Shown piece after piece: positions 38,641 through 49,699 of a stretch of DNA of 64,000 nucleotides. Position 1 is the stretch's first letter, and the number at the start of each line of letters is the position of its first letter. A program made the position numbers and the translations under genes. The notes beneath the pieces are model-generated. The model had not been told where the DNA came from. It ran no database searches and saw only the letters and a list, made by a program, of their open reading frames with translations. This stretch comes from an uncultured Clostridia bacterium. GTDB taxonomy: Bacteria; Bacillota; Clostridia; TANB77; CAG-508. The stretch covers positions 23,589-87,588 of the forward strand of contig CALXWM010000001.1 in assembly GCA_944392425.1 (NCBI GenBank), given 5' to 3'.

Positions 38641-40755
38641 ATGGGAAGTTCGTTTAGTGAATTTATGAAAAAGAATTTAAAATATATAATATTTGCGTTA
38701 GTATTATGGGCAATAGGCGAAATCTTTTTAGTTGCGCCTATTGCTTTAAGCATTAGCCAGAGCTATGTTGATGGATTATTCGATATAGCTCTTTTTATCG
38801 AAGCTTTAGTTGAAAATATAGTATCATTCTCATCAATTGGTAAAGTATTCACAAGTGAGGCAATTGGAGCATTTGGTAGCTCAACTTTGTGGTATACATT
38901 AATTGTTGCTTTGGCAGTAGGTATAGGAGCGTTTAAAAATAGAAAAAAGACAAAATATCAAAATATAGAACATGGATCAAGCGATTGGTGCCAAGGTGGA
39001 GAACAATATAGGGTTTTGAGTAGAAATTCTGGGTTACTTTTAGCTCAAAATCATTATTTACCACTAAATAAATTAGGAAATATAAACGTATTAATTGTCG
39101 GTGGTTCTGGTTCTGGTAAATCTTCAAGTTACACTATTCCAAATGCACATCAAATGCTTGGTTCATATGTATTTACAGACCCTAAGGGTGAAATATATGA
39201 TACAACAGCAGGCTTTTTACAGAAAAATGGATATGAAATAAAAATATTAAATTTAGTTAATCCAACAAGTAGTGATAGTTACAACCCATTACAGCACATT
39301 CAAAATGAAATAGATGTAGACGTTATAGCAAATACAATAGTAAAAGGACAGAAGGCAGAAGGAACGGCAACAGACCCATATTGGGACAATATGGCTGAAA
39401 TTTTGCTTAAAGCTCTTATTTATTATATTATTGCTACAAGACCACCAGAAGAACAAAACTTAGCAAGCTGTGCAGAACTAGTTAGAGCTGCAAATAATAA
39501 TGGTGGAAGCAACTTACTTACAGAACTCATGAGCCAGTTACCTTATGACCATCCAGCAAGAATGAACTACAAATCTGTTGAAATAGCATCAGAAAAAACA
39601 TATAGCTCAATTTTAAGTACATTGCAATCAAAACTTGGTAAATTTGACTCAAAGGAAATAGCAGATGTAACTTCAACAAATACAATAGATTTTGTTGACA
39701 TAGCAACTAAGAAAACAGCTTTATATGTTGTATCATCAGATACACATAGTGCATATGACTTTTTACTTACAATATTCTTCTCACAAATGATACAACAGTT
39801 ATATGATTTTGCAGATAAAAATGGTGGTAAATTACCAATTCGAACGTTCTTTATACTTGATGAGTTTGCAAACATAGGTCAAGTACCAGACTTCGATAAA
39901 AAGATATCAACAAGTAGAAGTAGAGGAATTTCATTTAGTGTTATATTACAGAACTTAGATCAATTAAAAGCAATATATGAAAAGTCTTATGAAACAATTA
40001 TAGGTAACTGTGATACTCACGTATTTTTGGGAAGTAACTCGTATGCAACAGTTGAATATTTTTCAAAGGAATTGGGAGAGAAAACAATTACTCATAATAG
40101 CAAATCGGTTAATAGAAATAATGTAGATGTAAGAACAGGATTTAGTGAATCAGATCAAATTATGGCAAGAGCTTTAATGACACCTGATGAACTTAGAAGA
40201 ATGGATAATAATGATTGTATTATCTTTGAAAAAGGATTAAAACCAATAAAAGCTAAGAAGTTTTGGTATTTTAAAACTCCAATGCTTAAAGATTTTAATG
40301 CAAATAGAATTGACCATAATGATTATGAATGTCAAGAAAGAGGAAACTGGAGAAAATACAATCCATATAATCCTTATACGGGTAATGAGAATGTAAATGA
40401 GCAAAGCAAAGATGTTAAGATTGAATCTTTGGATGACCTGTTTGAAGATGCTAAACCAGTAGAGCCAGTAAGTGATGTTCAGCAAAATTCTGGAATTCAA
40501 GGATTGCAAGGCACATCAGCAGTTTCAAATAACGGGTTTAATGCAGATGTAATTCCAAATGCAGGACCAAGTTTTGCATCAGTACCAAATAATCAGCCTT
40601 TGAATAATGGTTCAAGTGTTGAGAATCAGCCAACTAACATTCTTCCGGGATTTGAAGATGAAGCTACAAAACAAATGCAAGATACATCAGATGATGAAAT
40701 AGATATTCAAAAAGAATTAGAAGCAAAATTTGACGAATTGTTTGGAAGTGATTAA
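38641..40755 (+). CDS. Type IV secretion coupling protein (VirD4/TraG/TraD family)
   Basis: Two N-terminal TM helices, Walker A GGSGSGKSS, and the family signature FILDEFANIG...SFSVILQNLDQL. Acidic disordered C-tail. Confidence 0.8.
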   Translation: MGSSFSEFMKKNLKYIIFALVLWAIGEIFLVAPIALSISQSYVDGLFDIALFIEALVENIVSFSSIGKVFTSEAIGAFGSSTLWYTLIVALAVGIGAFKNRKKTKYQNIEHGSSDWCQGGEQYRVLSRNSGLLLAQNHYLPLNKLGNINVLIVGGSGSGKSSSYTIPNAHQMLGSYVFTDPKGEIYDTTAGFLQKNGYEIKILNLVNPTSSDSYNPLQHIQNEIDVDVIANTIVKGQKAEGTATDPYWDNMAEILLKALIYYIIATRPPEEQNLASCAELVRAANNNGGSNLLTELMSQLPYDHPARMNYKSVEIASEKTYSSILSTLQSKLGKFDSKEIADVTSTNTIDFVDIATKKTALYVVSSDTHSAYDFLLTIFFSQMIQQLYDFADKNGGKLPIRTFFILDEFANIGQVPDFDKKISTSRSRGISFSVILQNLDQLKAIYEKSYETIIGNCDTHVFLGSNSYATVEYFSKELGEKTITHNSKSVNRNNVDVRTGFSESDQIMARALMTPDELRRMDNNDCIIFEKGLKPIKAKKFWYFKTPMLKDFNANRIDHNDYECQERGNWRKYNPYNPYTGNENVNEQSKDVKIESLDDLFEDAKPVEPVSDVQQNSGIQGLQGTSAVSNNGFNADVIPNAGPSFASVPNNQPLNNGSSVENQPTNILPGFEDEATKQMQDTSDDEIDIQKELEAKFDELFGSD

Positions 40756-40757
40756 AA

Positions 40758-40788
40758 AAATCAACCTAATATGGTTGATTTTTTTTCT
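40758..40788 (+). terminator. Rho-independent terminator after the coupling-protein gene
   Basis: AAATCAACC-TAATAT-GGTTGATTT followed by TTTTTTT. Confidence 0.7.
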
Positions 40789-40854
40789 TTTATACTACTC
40801 GGTCATATACTTGCATGATTTTTTTCTTTTTTATAAAATATATATGTGAAAAAT

Positions 40855-41385
40855 ATGGATGAAATAAACAAAATTAAATACTATGATGAATTGCCATCAA
40901 CGCATTTATATATTAAGGAAAATCAAGATAAATTAGAAAGCGGAACAGTAATTATTGCTAATAAACAAACTGCAGGAATAGGAACACATGGCAGAAGTTG
41001 GTATACAGGTAGCGGTGATAATATTGCAATGAGTATGTTATTTAAACCTAAATGTGATTTATCTAGTTTAAATAATATAACGGTTGATGTAGCACAAAGT
41101 GTTAAAAATGTAATAAAAGATTTATATGATATTGATTTAAGCTTAAAGTACCCAAATGATTTATTATTAAATGATAAAAAAATATGTGGTATTCTTACAG
41201 AAATAAATACTATGTCAGGAAAAATAAATTATTTAATAATAAGCTTAGGGTTTAATGTAAATGAAATGGGTTTTGATGATGAAACAATAAAAATTGCAAC
41301 ATCATTGAAAAAAGAATATAATAAAAATTTTGATAGAAAAGAAATTATACTAAAAATAATTGAAAGTATAACGGAGCATATATGA
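40855..41385 (+). CDS. Biotin--protein ligase catalytic-domain protein (BirA-like, no HTH domain), first gene of the fab operon
   Basis: BPL signature QTAGIGTHGRSWYTGSGDNIAMS (GRGRRGRxW-type). Overlaps fabH by ATGA. Start alternatives are GTG 40846 or ATG 40855. Promoter TTGCAT, 18 bp, TAAAAT at about 40815-40843. Confidence 0.6.
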   Translation: MDEINKIKYYDELPSTHLYIKENQDKLESGTVIIANKQTAGIGTHGRSWYTGSGDNIAMSMLFKPKCDLSSLNNITVDVAQSVKNVIKDLYDIDLSLKYPNDLLLNDKKICGILTEINTMSGKINYLIISLGFNVNEMGFDDETIKIATSLKKEYNKNFDRKEIILKIIESITEHI

Positions 41386-42302
41386 GTGGAATAAAAATTA
41401 TAGGTAGAGGAAAGTATTTGCCAAAGAAAGAAGTAACATCTGCAGATTTAAGCAAAAAGTTTAATGTAACAGAAGAATACATATGCAAAGTTTGCGGAAT
41501 TAAAAGCAGATGGTATGGTAGTGCTGAAGATAGCTTAGAGAGTATGGCATATAAAGCAAGCTTAGATGCTATAAAAAATGGAAATATAAATTGCAATGAT
41601 ATAGACTTAATAATCGTGGCAACAACATCTTCAAACATGATGATGCCGGGAATTTCATACTTAGTGCAATCTCTTTTAAATATAAAAGATTGTATGTGTT
41701 TAGATATTTTGGCAGGTTGCAATGGATTTGTAAATGCATTTGATATAGCACAGAATTATATAGAAATTGGAAAAATCAACACAGCTTTAGTTATAGGTGT
41801 AGAAAAATTATCATCAGTGGTAAACGCAGACGATATGTCTACAGCTATTCTTTTTGGGGATGGAGCAGGGGCTACCATTATTACAAAAAGTGAAAATAAT
41901 AAAAAATATTATTCTAAATTTAAAAGCCAAGGGCAAAATGCAGAGTGTTTAACTTATGAAATTGGAAAAAAACTAGCTATGGATGGAACAAAAATATATA
42001 AATATGCAGTTGCAGAAGTTCCAAGATTGGTTAATGAAACATTGAATGAGGCAAATTTAGATATTGAAAAGATAGACCATATAGTATTACACCAATCAAA
42101 TACTAGAATAATGAGTTCAATAGCGAAAAAACTAAAAATAAGAGATAATAGATTGTTTTCAGATATAGAGAATGTAGGAAATACATTTTGTGCAAGCATA
42201 CCAATAGCTTTAACGGAAATAGAATTACAAGAAGGACAGTATTTACTAATGTGTGGTTATGGTGGAGGATTAAACACAGGGTGTATTTTACTAGGATTAT
42301 AG
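41382..42302 (+). CDS. fabH: 3-oxoacyl-ACP synthase III
   Basis: KAS III fold with active-site Cys in LAGCNGF and C-terminal His/Asn. Confidence 0.85.
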   Translation: MSGIKIIGRGKYLPKKEVTSADLSKKFNVTEEYICKVCGIKSRWYGSAEDSLESMAYKASLDAIKNGNINCNDIDLIIVATTSSNMMMPGISYLVQSLLNIKDCMCLDILAGCNGFVNAFDIAQNYIEIGKINTALVIGVEKLSSVVNADDMSTAILFGDGAGATIITKSENNKKYYSKFKSQGQNAECLTYEIGKKLAMDGTKIYKYAVAEVPRLVNETLNEANLDIEKIDHIVLHQSNTRIMSSIAKKLKIRDNRLFSDIENVGNTFCASIPIALTEIELQEGQYLLMCGYGGGLNTGCILLGL

Positions 42303-42431
42303 TTCTAATAAATTTTTAAAAGTTACAATTCACAGTTAGATTTTTTATAAATATAATATGAACCGTGAATTGCAATATGCAGGAGCTTTTATAAAGAAAT
42401 AATTATAAAATTAATTGAAAGGATGAACCAA

Positions 42432-43355
42432 ATGAAAACAGCATTTTTATTTCCCGGTCAAGGAAGTCAATTTACAGGAATGGGAAAAGATTTTTATGAT
42501 AAATTTAGAGAGGCAAAAGAAGTATATGATTTAGCAAATAAAGTAACAGAAATATCAGTTAAAGAATTATGTTTTGATGGGAGCGAAGATGAGCTAAAAG
42601 AAACAAAAAATGCTCAACTTGCAATTGCCACAACCTCACTCGCAATACTAGCAGTTATAGATAAATTGAACATTAAAGCAGAATTTGCAGCAGGATTAAG
42701 CCTTGGAGAATACGTTGCATTAGTATATGGAGGCTTTCTAAAATTAGAAGATTGTTTTAAACTTCTAAAACAAAGAAGTTATTATATGCAAAATTTAGTA
42801 CCAAATAAAGAATATGCAATGTCTGCTGTTATTGGCTTAGATTCTAGTAAAATTGAAGAAATTTGCACAAAACATGAAGCAAATGGAGAATTTGTAGTAC
42901 CAGCAAATTATAACTACAGTATGCAAACAGTAATATCAGGAGAAGCTAAGGCAATAGAAAGTGTTTCTCAAGAATTAAAAGACGCCGGTGCTAAAAGAGT
43001 AATACCACTTAAAACATCAGGACCATTCCATACAAAAGCACTAGAAAAGGCTAGCAAAGAATTTTATAAAGATTTACAAAAAGTAGAGTTCAAAACAGGA
43101 AATGGCGTAAATGTAATAAAAAACTTAGATGGAAACATATATAAAGCAGGAGATAATTTTGCAGAAATATTATCTAAACATATTATAAGTCCTGTAAGAT
43201 TTGATAAAGCTTTAAACATATTAAAAAATGAAAAAGCAGATACATTTATAGAAATTGGACCGGGCAAATCAATGACAGGATTTATAAACAAAGAAAAATT
43301 AGAAGGTTTAGCTTTGAATGTACAAAAAGTAGAGGATTTAGAAAAATTAAAATAA
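42432..43355 (+). CDS. fabD: Malonyl CoA-ACP transacylase
   Basis: FLFPGQGSQ and active-site GLSLGEY. Confidence 0.9.
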   Translation: MKTAFLFPGQGSQFTGMGKDFYDKFREAKEVYDLANKVTEISVKELCFDGSEDELKETKNAQLAIATTSLAILAVIDKLNIKAEFAAGLSLGEYVALVYGGFLKLEDCFKLLKQRSYYMQNLVPNKEYAMSAVIGLDSSKIEEICTKHEANGEFVVPANYNYSMQTVISGEAKAIESVSQELKDAGAKRVIPLKTSGPFHTKALEKASKEFYKDLQKVEFKTGNGVNVIKNLDGNIYKAGDNFAEILSKHIISPVRFDKALNILKNEKADTFIEIGPGKSMTGFINKEKLEGLALNVQKVEDLEKLK

Positions 43356-43418
43356 TTTTACGTTTGGGACGGTTCTTTTTGTAAAATATTTTACGATGGG
43401 GACGGACCAAAACGAAAA
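43356..43418. repeat. GGGACGG-loop hairpins H2 and H3 in the fabG leader
   Basis: TTTTAC-GTTTGGGACGGTTCTTTTT-GTAAAA (43356-43386) and TTTTAC-GATGGGGACGGACCAAAAC-GAAAA (43389-43418). Confidence 0.6.
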
Positions 43419-43437
43419 AAAAGAAAGGAATTATAAA

Positions 43438-44175
43438 ATGGAAGAAAATAAAGTTGCGTTAATTACAGGTGGAACAAGAGGAATAGGTAAGGCTATAGCT
43501 AAAAAGTTTGCTGAAAATGGTTATAATTTAGTTATAAATTATGTTTCAGAGAATACGGATTTAGGAAAATTAAAAAATGATATAAATAGTAAAAATGAGA
43601 TATTATTTGTAAGAGCAAATGTTGGAGATTTTGCATCTTGCGAAGAATTAGTAAAACAAGCAATAGATAAGTTTGGAAAAATAGATGTATTAATTAACAA
43701 TGCAGGAATTACAAGAGATAATCTGATTATGAGAATGAAAGAAGAAGATTTTGACAATGTAATTAATACAAATTTAAAAGGAACATTTAATGTTACAAAA
43801 AATGTAGTTCCATATATGATGAAAAAAAGAAGCGGGAAAATAGTTAATGTATCATCAGTTGTTGGATTAAGCGGAAATGCTGGTCAATGCAATTATGCAG
43901 CTTCAAAAGCAGGTATAATAGGATTTACAAAAAGCATAGCTAAGGAATTAGCAAGTAGAAACATATTAGCAAACTGCGTAGCACCAGGCTTTATAGATAC
44001 AGACATGACAGAAGTTTTAAATGATAGTGTAAAAGAAAATATAAACAATCAAATACCATTAAAAAGAATGGGAACTGCTGAAGAAATAGCAAAAGCTGTT
44101 TACTTTTTAGCAGGAGAAGATAATACATACATAACAGGTCAAGTTTTAAATATAGATGGCGGAATGTTAATGTAA
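43438..44175 (+). CDS. fabG: 3-oxoacyl-ACP reductase
   Basis: SDR motifs TGGTRGIGKA and YAASKAG. Start at the ATG with RBS AAAGGAA. The track ORF begins upstream, within the repeat. Confidence 0.9.
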   Translation: MEENKVALITGGTRGIGKAIAKKFAENGYNLVINYVSENTDLGKLKNDINSKNEILFVRANVGDFASCEELVKQAIDKFGKIDVLINNAGITRDNLIMRMKEEDFDNVINTNLKGTFNVTKNVVPYMMKKRSGKIVNVSSVVGLSGNAGQCNYAASKAGIIGFTKSIAKELASRNILANCVAPGFIDTDMTEVLNDSVKENINNQIPLKRMGTAEEIAKAVYFLAGEDNTYITGQVLNIDGGMLM

Positions 44176-44176
44176 A

Positions 44177-44290
44177 TTTTACGTTGGGGACGGTCCTTTT
44201 TGTAAAATATTTTACGATGGGGACGGACCAAAATGTAAAATAATACTAAAAATTTGATTTTTAAGAAAAAGGACCGTCCCAAACGTAAAA
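44177..44290. repeat. GGGACGG-loop hairpins H4 and H5 plus inverted partial copy H6 in the fabF leader
   Basis: H4 44177-44207, H5 44210-44240, and reverse copy AAAAAGGACCGTCCCAAACGTAAAA 44266-44290. 44181-44201 and 44266-44290 form a 21-bp inverted repeat with 1 mismatch. Confidence 0.6.
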
Positions 44291-44306
44291 AGAAAGGAAA
44301 ATTAAA

Positions 44307-45545
44307 ATGGACAGAAGAGTTGTAGTTACAGGAATGGGAGCAATTACTCCTATAGGAAACAATGTAGAGGAATATTGGAAAGGATTGCAAGAAGGTAAAT
44401 GTGGTATTGATACTATTACTACATTTGATACTTCTGACTTTAAAGTAAAATTAGCAGGAGAAGTTAAAAATTATAATCCTGAAGAATATTTTGATAAAAG
44501 GTCAGCTAGAAGATTAGACAAATTTGCTCAATTTGCAATGATAGCAGCAAGAGAAGCTATGAAAGATAGCAAAATGACAAAAGAAAATACTGATTTTGAA
44601 AGAGTTGGTGTTTTTATAGGTTCTGGTATGGGTGGATTAGATACAATTGAAAAAGAATTAAATGTATGCTTTGAAAAAGGATATGATAAAATTTCACCTA
44701 TGTTTATACCTATGGTTATTTCAAATATGGCTACTGGAAATGTTGCAATTGATTTAGGATTAAAAGGAGAATCTTTTTCTATAGCTACTGCTTGTGCAAG
44801 TGCAACTCATTCAATTGGAGAAGCTTATAGAGCTATAAAACATGGTTACCAAGATGCTGTATTTACGGGAGGAACAGAAGCTTCAATAACTAAATCTGGT
44901 CTAGCAGGATTTACAAATATTAAGGCTTTAACTCAAACTACAGATAAAAATAGAGCAAGTATTCCTTTTGATAAAGAAAGAAGCGGATTTGTAATGGGAG
45001 AAGGAGCTGGCGTTCTAGTATTAGAAGAATTAGAACATGCTAAGAAAAGAGGAGCAAAAATATATGCTGAAATAGTTGGATATGGTGCTTCTTCAGATGC
45101 ATACCATATTACATCTCCTGCACCTGGTGGAGAAGGTGGAGCCAGAGCAATGGTTAATGCAATTAAAGATGCAGGAATTGAACCTAAGGATATTACATAT
45201 ATAAATGCTCACGGAACATCAACACATCTAAATGATTCTTGCGAGACTTCTGCTATAAAAACAGCTTTGGGCGAGAGTAGTAAAAATGTAATGGTAAGCT
45301 CAACAAAAGGAAATACAGGACATTTACTTGGAGCAGCAGGAGCTGTTGAAGCAATTGCTTGTGTAAAAGCAGTTGAAGATGATTTTGTACCACCTACAAT
45401 TAATTACAAAGTTTCTGATGAAGAATGTGATTTAGATATAGTACCTAATAAAGGAAGAAATACAAAAGTTGAATATGCTATGTCAAATTCTTTAGGATTT
45501 GGTGGACATAACAGTTCAATAATTTTTAAAAAATTTGAAGACTAA
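44307..45545 (+). CDS. fabF: 3-oxoacyl-ACP synthase II
   Basis: KAS I/II fold with active Cys (ATACAS), HGTST and GHLLGAAG motifs. Confidence 0.9.
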   Translation: MDRRVVVTGMGAITPIGNNVEEYWKGLQEGKCGIDTITTFDTSDFKVKLAGEVKNYNPEEYFDKRSARRLDKFAQFAMIAAREAMKDSKMTKENTDFERVGVFIGSGMGGLDTIEKELNVCFEKGYDKISPMFIPMVISNMATGNVAIDLGLKGESFSIATACASATHSIGEAYRAIKHGYQDAVFTGGTEASITKSGLAGFTNIKALTQTTDKNRASIPFDKERSGFVMGEGAGVLVLEELEHAKKRGAKIYAEIVGYGASSDAYHITSPAPGGEGGARAMVNAIKDAGIEPKDITYINAHGTSTHLNDSCETSAIKTALGESSKNVMVSSTKGNTGHLLGAAGAVEAIACVKAVEDDFVPPTINYKVSDEECDLDIVPNKGRNTKVEYAMSNSLGFGGHNSSIIFKKFED

Positions 45546-45646
45546 TAATGTTCAAGAACATATATTAAAGCAAAAATAAAAATCAAAGCTGTAAATTGCA
45601 TTAATAAAGCGGTTAAATTTATAAAAAAGAAAGGATGTTAAATTTA

Positions 45647-46102
45647 ATGGAATACAAAGATATTAAAGAAATAGTTAAAGATATGGGAGAGTCTAAAATT
45701 GATGAATTAAAAATAGAATTTCCTGATGGAACTAAAATAAGTATGAAAAAAAATGACCAAAAAGTTGTGTATAAGGCTGAACCAGAAGTACATGAGGTGG
45801 TAATTCCACAAACTTCAACAGTAAGTACTATTGTGAATGCTAACTCTGAAAATAAAGTAGAAGAAAACTACAAAGAAATAAAGGCTCCTATGGTAGGAAC
45901 ATTTTACAGCAAATCATCTCCAACAGCAAAACCTTTTGTAAGTGTTGGCGACAAAGTAAAAAAAGGAGATGTTGTTTGTATAATTGAGGCTATGAAGCTT
46001 ATGAATGAAATAGAAAGTGAATTTGATGGCGAAATAGTTGAAATTTGTAAAAAAGACGAAGATATGTGCGAATATGGAGAATGTTTATTTAAGATTAAAT
46101 AA
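45647..46102 (+). CDS. accB: Biotin carboxyl carrier protein of acetyl-CoA carboxylase
   Basis: Biotinyl-lysine motif IEAMKLMNEI. Alternative start at 45635. Confidence 0.85.
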   Translation: MEYKDIKEIVKDMGESKIDELKIEFPDGTKISMKKNDQKVVYKAEPEVHEVVIPQTSTVSTIVNANSENKVEENYKEIKAPMVGTFYSKSSPTAKPFVSVGDKVKKGDVVCIIEAMKLMNEIESEFDGEIVEICKKDEDMCEYGECLFKIK

Positions 46103-46173
46103 TTTTATTTCACAATATATATTCTTCCAAATAATATTGTGAAACTTAATCTAAAATTAGAAAGGGTAAAGAA

Positions 46174-46596
46174 ATGTTAGATATTAATGGAATTATGGAA
46201 ATAATACCACAAAGAGCACCATTTTTGATGATTGATAAAGTTGAAGAATATGTACCCGGAGAAAGTGCAGTTGCATATAAAAATGTATGTATAAATGAAC
46301 CTCACTTTGCAGGTCATTTTCCAGGAAACCCTATTATGCCGGGGGTATTGATAGTTGAAGCATTGGCTCAAACTGGAGCAGTTGCCATTCTATCTAAAGA
46401 AGAAAATAAAGGTAAAAATGCTCTTTTTGGTGGAATAGATAAGCTAAGATTTAAAAAGCAAGTTGTTCCTGGAGATACTTTAAAGTTAGAAGTAAAAATA
46501 ATTAAACAAAAAGGACCAATAGGAATAGGTGAAGCTATAGCAACAGTTGACGGAAAAGTTGCATGTAAGGGAGAACTTACTTTTGCAATTGTTTAA
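46174..46596 (+). CDS. fabZ: 3-hydroxyacyl-ACP dehydratase
   Basis: Hotdog fold with [12 protein letters not shown]. Confidence 0.9.
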   Translation: MLDINGIMEIIPQRAPFLMIDKVEEYVPGESAVAYKNVCINEPHFAGHFPGNPIMPGVLIVEALAQTGAVAILSKEENKGKNALFGGIDKLRFKKQVVPGDTLKLEVKIIKQKGPIGIGEAIATVDGKVACKGELTFAIV

Positions 46597-46646
46597 GCTG
46601 TGAATTGCAACTAAAATTGAATTAAATTTTAAAAGAAGGAGTTTAA

Positions 46647-47975
46647 ATGATACGTAAAATATTAATTGCTAATAGAGGAGAAATTGCAGTAAGAATAATC
46701 AGAGCTTGTAGAGAAATGGGAATTGCAACAGTTGCTGTTTATTCTGAAGCAGACAAAAATGCTTTGCATGTGAAATTAGCTGACCAAGCTGTATGTATTG
46801 GTCCAGCTCCATCACAAAAAAGTTATTTAAATGTAAAAGCTATATTAGAGGCTTGTTGCCTTACAGGTGCAGATAGTATTCATCCTGGATATGGCTTTTT
46901 ATCTGAAAATGTTTCATTTGCAAAAATGTGTAGTGAGATGGGCATTAATTATATAGGACCTTCATATGAGTTAATTGAGCTAATGGGAAACAAATCTAAA
47001 GCAAAAGAAACAATGAAGAAAGCTGGTGTTCCAGTTGTTGAAGGCTCAGAAGGAAATGTAGAATCACTTCAAGGAGCAAAAGATATTGCCAATAAAATTG
47101 GCTACCCAGTAATAATGAAAGCCGTAAGTGGTGGTGGCGGAAAAGGTATAAGAATAGCAAATAGTGAAGAAGAACTTATTAGATATTATGATGTAATAAG
47201 AGCCGAAGCCAAATCAGCATTTAATGATGACAGTATCTATATAGAAAAATACATAAAAAATCCTAGACACATAGAAATTCAAGTAATTGCAGATAAACAC
47301 GGAAATGTAGCACATTTAGGTGATAGAGACTGTACAGTACAAAGAAAAAATCAAAAAATGCTTGAAGAGAGTCCATCAGATTACATAGATGAAAAATTAA
47401 GGCAAAAGATGGAAAAAGTTTCAGTAAAAGCAATAGAAAAAATAGGATACACAAATGCTGGAACAATAGAATATTTGGTAGACAAAGAAGGCAATTTTTA
47501 CTTCATGGAAATGAATACTAGACTACAAGTCGAGCATCCTGTAACAGAGTTGGTTACTGGTGTTGACTTAGTTAAAGAACAAATAAATATAGCATCAGGA
47601 AAAAAACTTTCAAAAGAAGTAATGAATTTACACATAAAAGGTCATAGTATTGAATGTAGAATAAATGCTGAAAATCCAGATAAAAACTTTATGCCTTGTC
47701 CAGGAAAAATAACAGGACTTCATATACCAGGAGGAAATGGCATAAGAGTGGATTCAGCAATTTATCAAGACTATATAATACCACCAAATTATGACTCAAT
47801 GATAGCAAAACTAATTGTTCATGGTAAAGACCGTGAAGAATGTATTAATAAAATGAAGAGTGCATTAGGTGAATTTGTAATAGAAGGTATAACAACAAAT
47901 ATTGATTTCTTGTACAAAATACTAGAGAATCCTGAGTTTATAAAGAATGATTATGATACATCTTTTATAAAATAA
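46647..47975 (+). CDS. accC: Acetyl-CoA carboxylase biotin carboxylase subunit
   Basis: ATP-grasp biotin carboxylase (KILIANRGEIAVRIIRA, EMNTRLQVEHPVTE). Confidence 0.9.
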   Translation: MIRKILIANRGEIAVRIIRACREMGIATVAVYSEADKNALHVKLADQAVCIGPAPSQKSYLNVKAILEACCLTGADSIHPGYGFLSENVSFAKMCSEMGINYIGPSYELIELMGNKSKAKETMKKAGVPVVEGSEGNVESLQGAKDIANKIGYPVIMKAVSGGGGKGIRIANSEEELIRYYDVIRAEAKSAFNDDSIYIEKYIKNPRHIEIQVIADKHGNVAHLGDRDCTVQRKNQKMLEESPSDYIDEKLRQKMEKVSVKAIEKIGYTNAGTIEYLVDKEGNFYFMEMNTRLQVEHPVTELVTGVDLVKEQINIASGKKLSKEVMNLHIKGHSIECRINAENPDKNFMPCPGKITGLHIPGGNGIRVDSAIYQDYIIPPNYDSMIAKLIVHGKDREECINKMKSALGEFVIEGITTNIDFLYKILENPEFIKNDYDTSFIK

Positions 47976-48046
47976 AGTTATTTTCTACTTAAGCTTCAAT
48001 ATATGTTCTGAAGCTTTTAAAAACTATTATAATGAGAGGAAAAACG

Positions 48047-48889
48047 ATGGTTATTGATAAAATTAAAAAGGTTACAGTTACTGACACAAAAGCCAACACA
48101 AAAGCATCAGATATGATGGTTGGAAAATGGATAAAATGTGATAATTGCAAAGAAATTTTATATAAAGAAGATGTAAGAAAAAATTATAGCGTATGTCCTA
48201 ATTGTGGTAAGCATTTTAGATTATCTTCAAGAAGAAGAATAGTGCAAATAATTGATGAAGGCACATTTGAAGAGCTAAATGCAGATTTACACACAACAGA
48301 CCCAATTAAATTTGAAGGATATTTACAAAAAATAAAATCACTTGAAGAAAAGACTAAAATAAAAGAGGCTGTTAAGACTGGAATTGGAAAAATAAATGGT
48401 ATAAATGTTGCAATAGGAGTAATGGACGCTAACTTTATGATGGGAAGTATGGGAGAAGTTGTAGGTGAAAAAATAACAAGACTTATAGAAACAGCCATAG
48501 AAAAACATTTACCAGTTATATTGTTTTGTGCTTCAGGCGGAGCAAGAATGCAAGAAGGTATGGTATCTTTAATGCAAATGGCAAAAACATCAGCAGTTCT
48601 TTCAAAATTAAATAAAGCAGGTTTGCTTTACATAAGTGTATTTACAGATCCAACAACAGGAGGAGTTACTGCAAGTTTTGCTAGTTTAGGTGATATTATT
48701 TTAGCAGAACCTGGGGCATTAATAGGATTTGCAGGTCCAAGAGTTATTGAACAAACTATAAATCAAAAATTGCCTGAAGGATTTCAAAGAGCAGAATTCT
48801 TATTAGAGCATGGATTTGTAGATAGAATTGTTGAAAGAAAAAATATGAAAAACGAGTTATACAAAATATTAAAGATACATAATTATTAA
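48047..48889 (+). CDS. accD: Acetyl-CoA carboxylase carboxyltransferase beta subunit
   Basis: N-terminal zinc ribbon CDNC...CPNC plus the carboxyltransferase domain. Confidence 0.9.
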   Translation: MVIDKIKKVTVTDTKANTKASDMMVGKWIKCDNCKEILYKEDVRKNYSVCPNCGKHFRLSSRRRIVQIIDEGTFEELNADLHTTDPIKFEGYLQKIKSLEEKTKIKEAVKTGIGKINGINVAIGVMDANFMMGSMGEVVGEKITRLIETAIEKHLPVILFCASGGARMQEGMVSLMQMAKTSAVLSKLNKAGLLYISVFTDPTTGGVTASFASLGDIILAEPGALIGFAGPRVIEQTINQKLPEGFQRAEFLLEHGFVDRIVERKNMKNELYKILKIHNY

Positions 48890-48904
48890 AGAAAGGAAAA
48901 TAAA

Positions 48905-49699
48905 ATGGCAAACAAAATAGAAGAATGGGATAGAGTTCTAGAAGCAAGAAAGCCAGAAAGACCTAAAGCATTAGATTACATTAACTACATATTTACCGAC
49001 TTTATGGAAATGCATGGTGATAGATATTTTGGAGATGACAAAGCAATAATTGGAGGAATAGGCTTTTTAAATAATATTCCAGTAACAGTTATTGGTGAAC
49101 AAAAAGGAAAATCTACAAAAGAAAATATGGAAAGAAATTTCGGAATGCCTAATCCAGAAGGATATAGAAAAGCATTAAGACTTATGAAACAAGCAGAAAA
49201 GTTTAATAGACCTATAATTACTTTTATAGATACGCCTGGTGCATATCCTGGACTTGGTGCAGAAGAAAGAGGTCAAGGTGAGGCAATTGCAAAAAATCTT
49301 TTAGAAATGTCTAAACTAGAAGTACCAATAATTTGTGTTGTAATAGGAGAAGGCTCAAGTGGAGGAGCACTCGCAATTGGTGTTGGAGATAAAATATTAA
49401 TGCTAGAAAATTCAATTTATTCAGTATTGTCGCCAGAAGGTTTCGCAAGTATTTTGTATAAAGATTCAAGCCTATACAAAAAAGCTGCAAAAGAAATGAA
49501 AATTACAGCAAAAGATTTGAAGAAGCTAGGTATAGTTGATGAAATAATAAAAGAAGATGATATTTTAGAAAATACTAAAAAAGCAATTGCTAAAGATTTA
49601 AAAGAGCTATTAAGCTTAGATAAAAATAAGCTAGTAGAAAATAGATATCAAAAATATAGAAATATAGGAAAGGGTGAAGAAAATGATATTGAAGGATAA
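48905..49699 (+). CDS. accA: Acetyl-CoA carboxylase carboxyltransferase alpha subunit
   Basis: [10 protein letters not shown] and [10 protein letters not shown] motifs. Confidence 0.9.
   Translation: MANKIEEWDRVLEARKPERPKALDYINYIFTDFMEMHGDRYFGDDKAIIGGIGFLNNIPVTVIGEQKGKSTKENMERNFGMPNPEGYRKALRLMKQAEKFNRPIITFIDTPGAYPGLGAEERGQGEAIAKNLLEMSKLEVPIICVVIGEGSSGGALAIGVGDKILMLENSIYSVLSPEGFASILYKDSSLYKKAAKEMKITAKDLKKLGIVDEIIKEDDILENTKKAIAKDLKELLSLDKNKLVENRYQKYRNIGKGEENDIEG

Noticed and set aside
43396-43437. Upstream extension of fabG (track ORF starting at 43396, MGTDQNEKKERNYK...)
   Set aside because: The extension is read through the GGGACGG hairpin repeat and has no RBS. The ATG at 43438 has an AAAGGAA RBS and gives the canonical FabG N-terminus.
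44176-44306. Missed small acpP gene between fabG and fabF
   Set aside because: The spacer is only 131 bp and is fully occupied by the hairpin repeats. No frame encodes an ACP-like DSLD motif.
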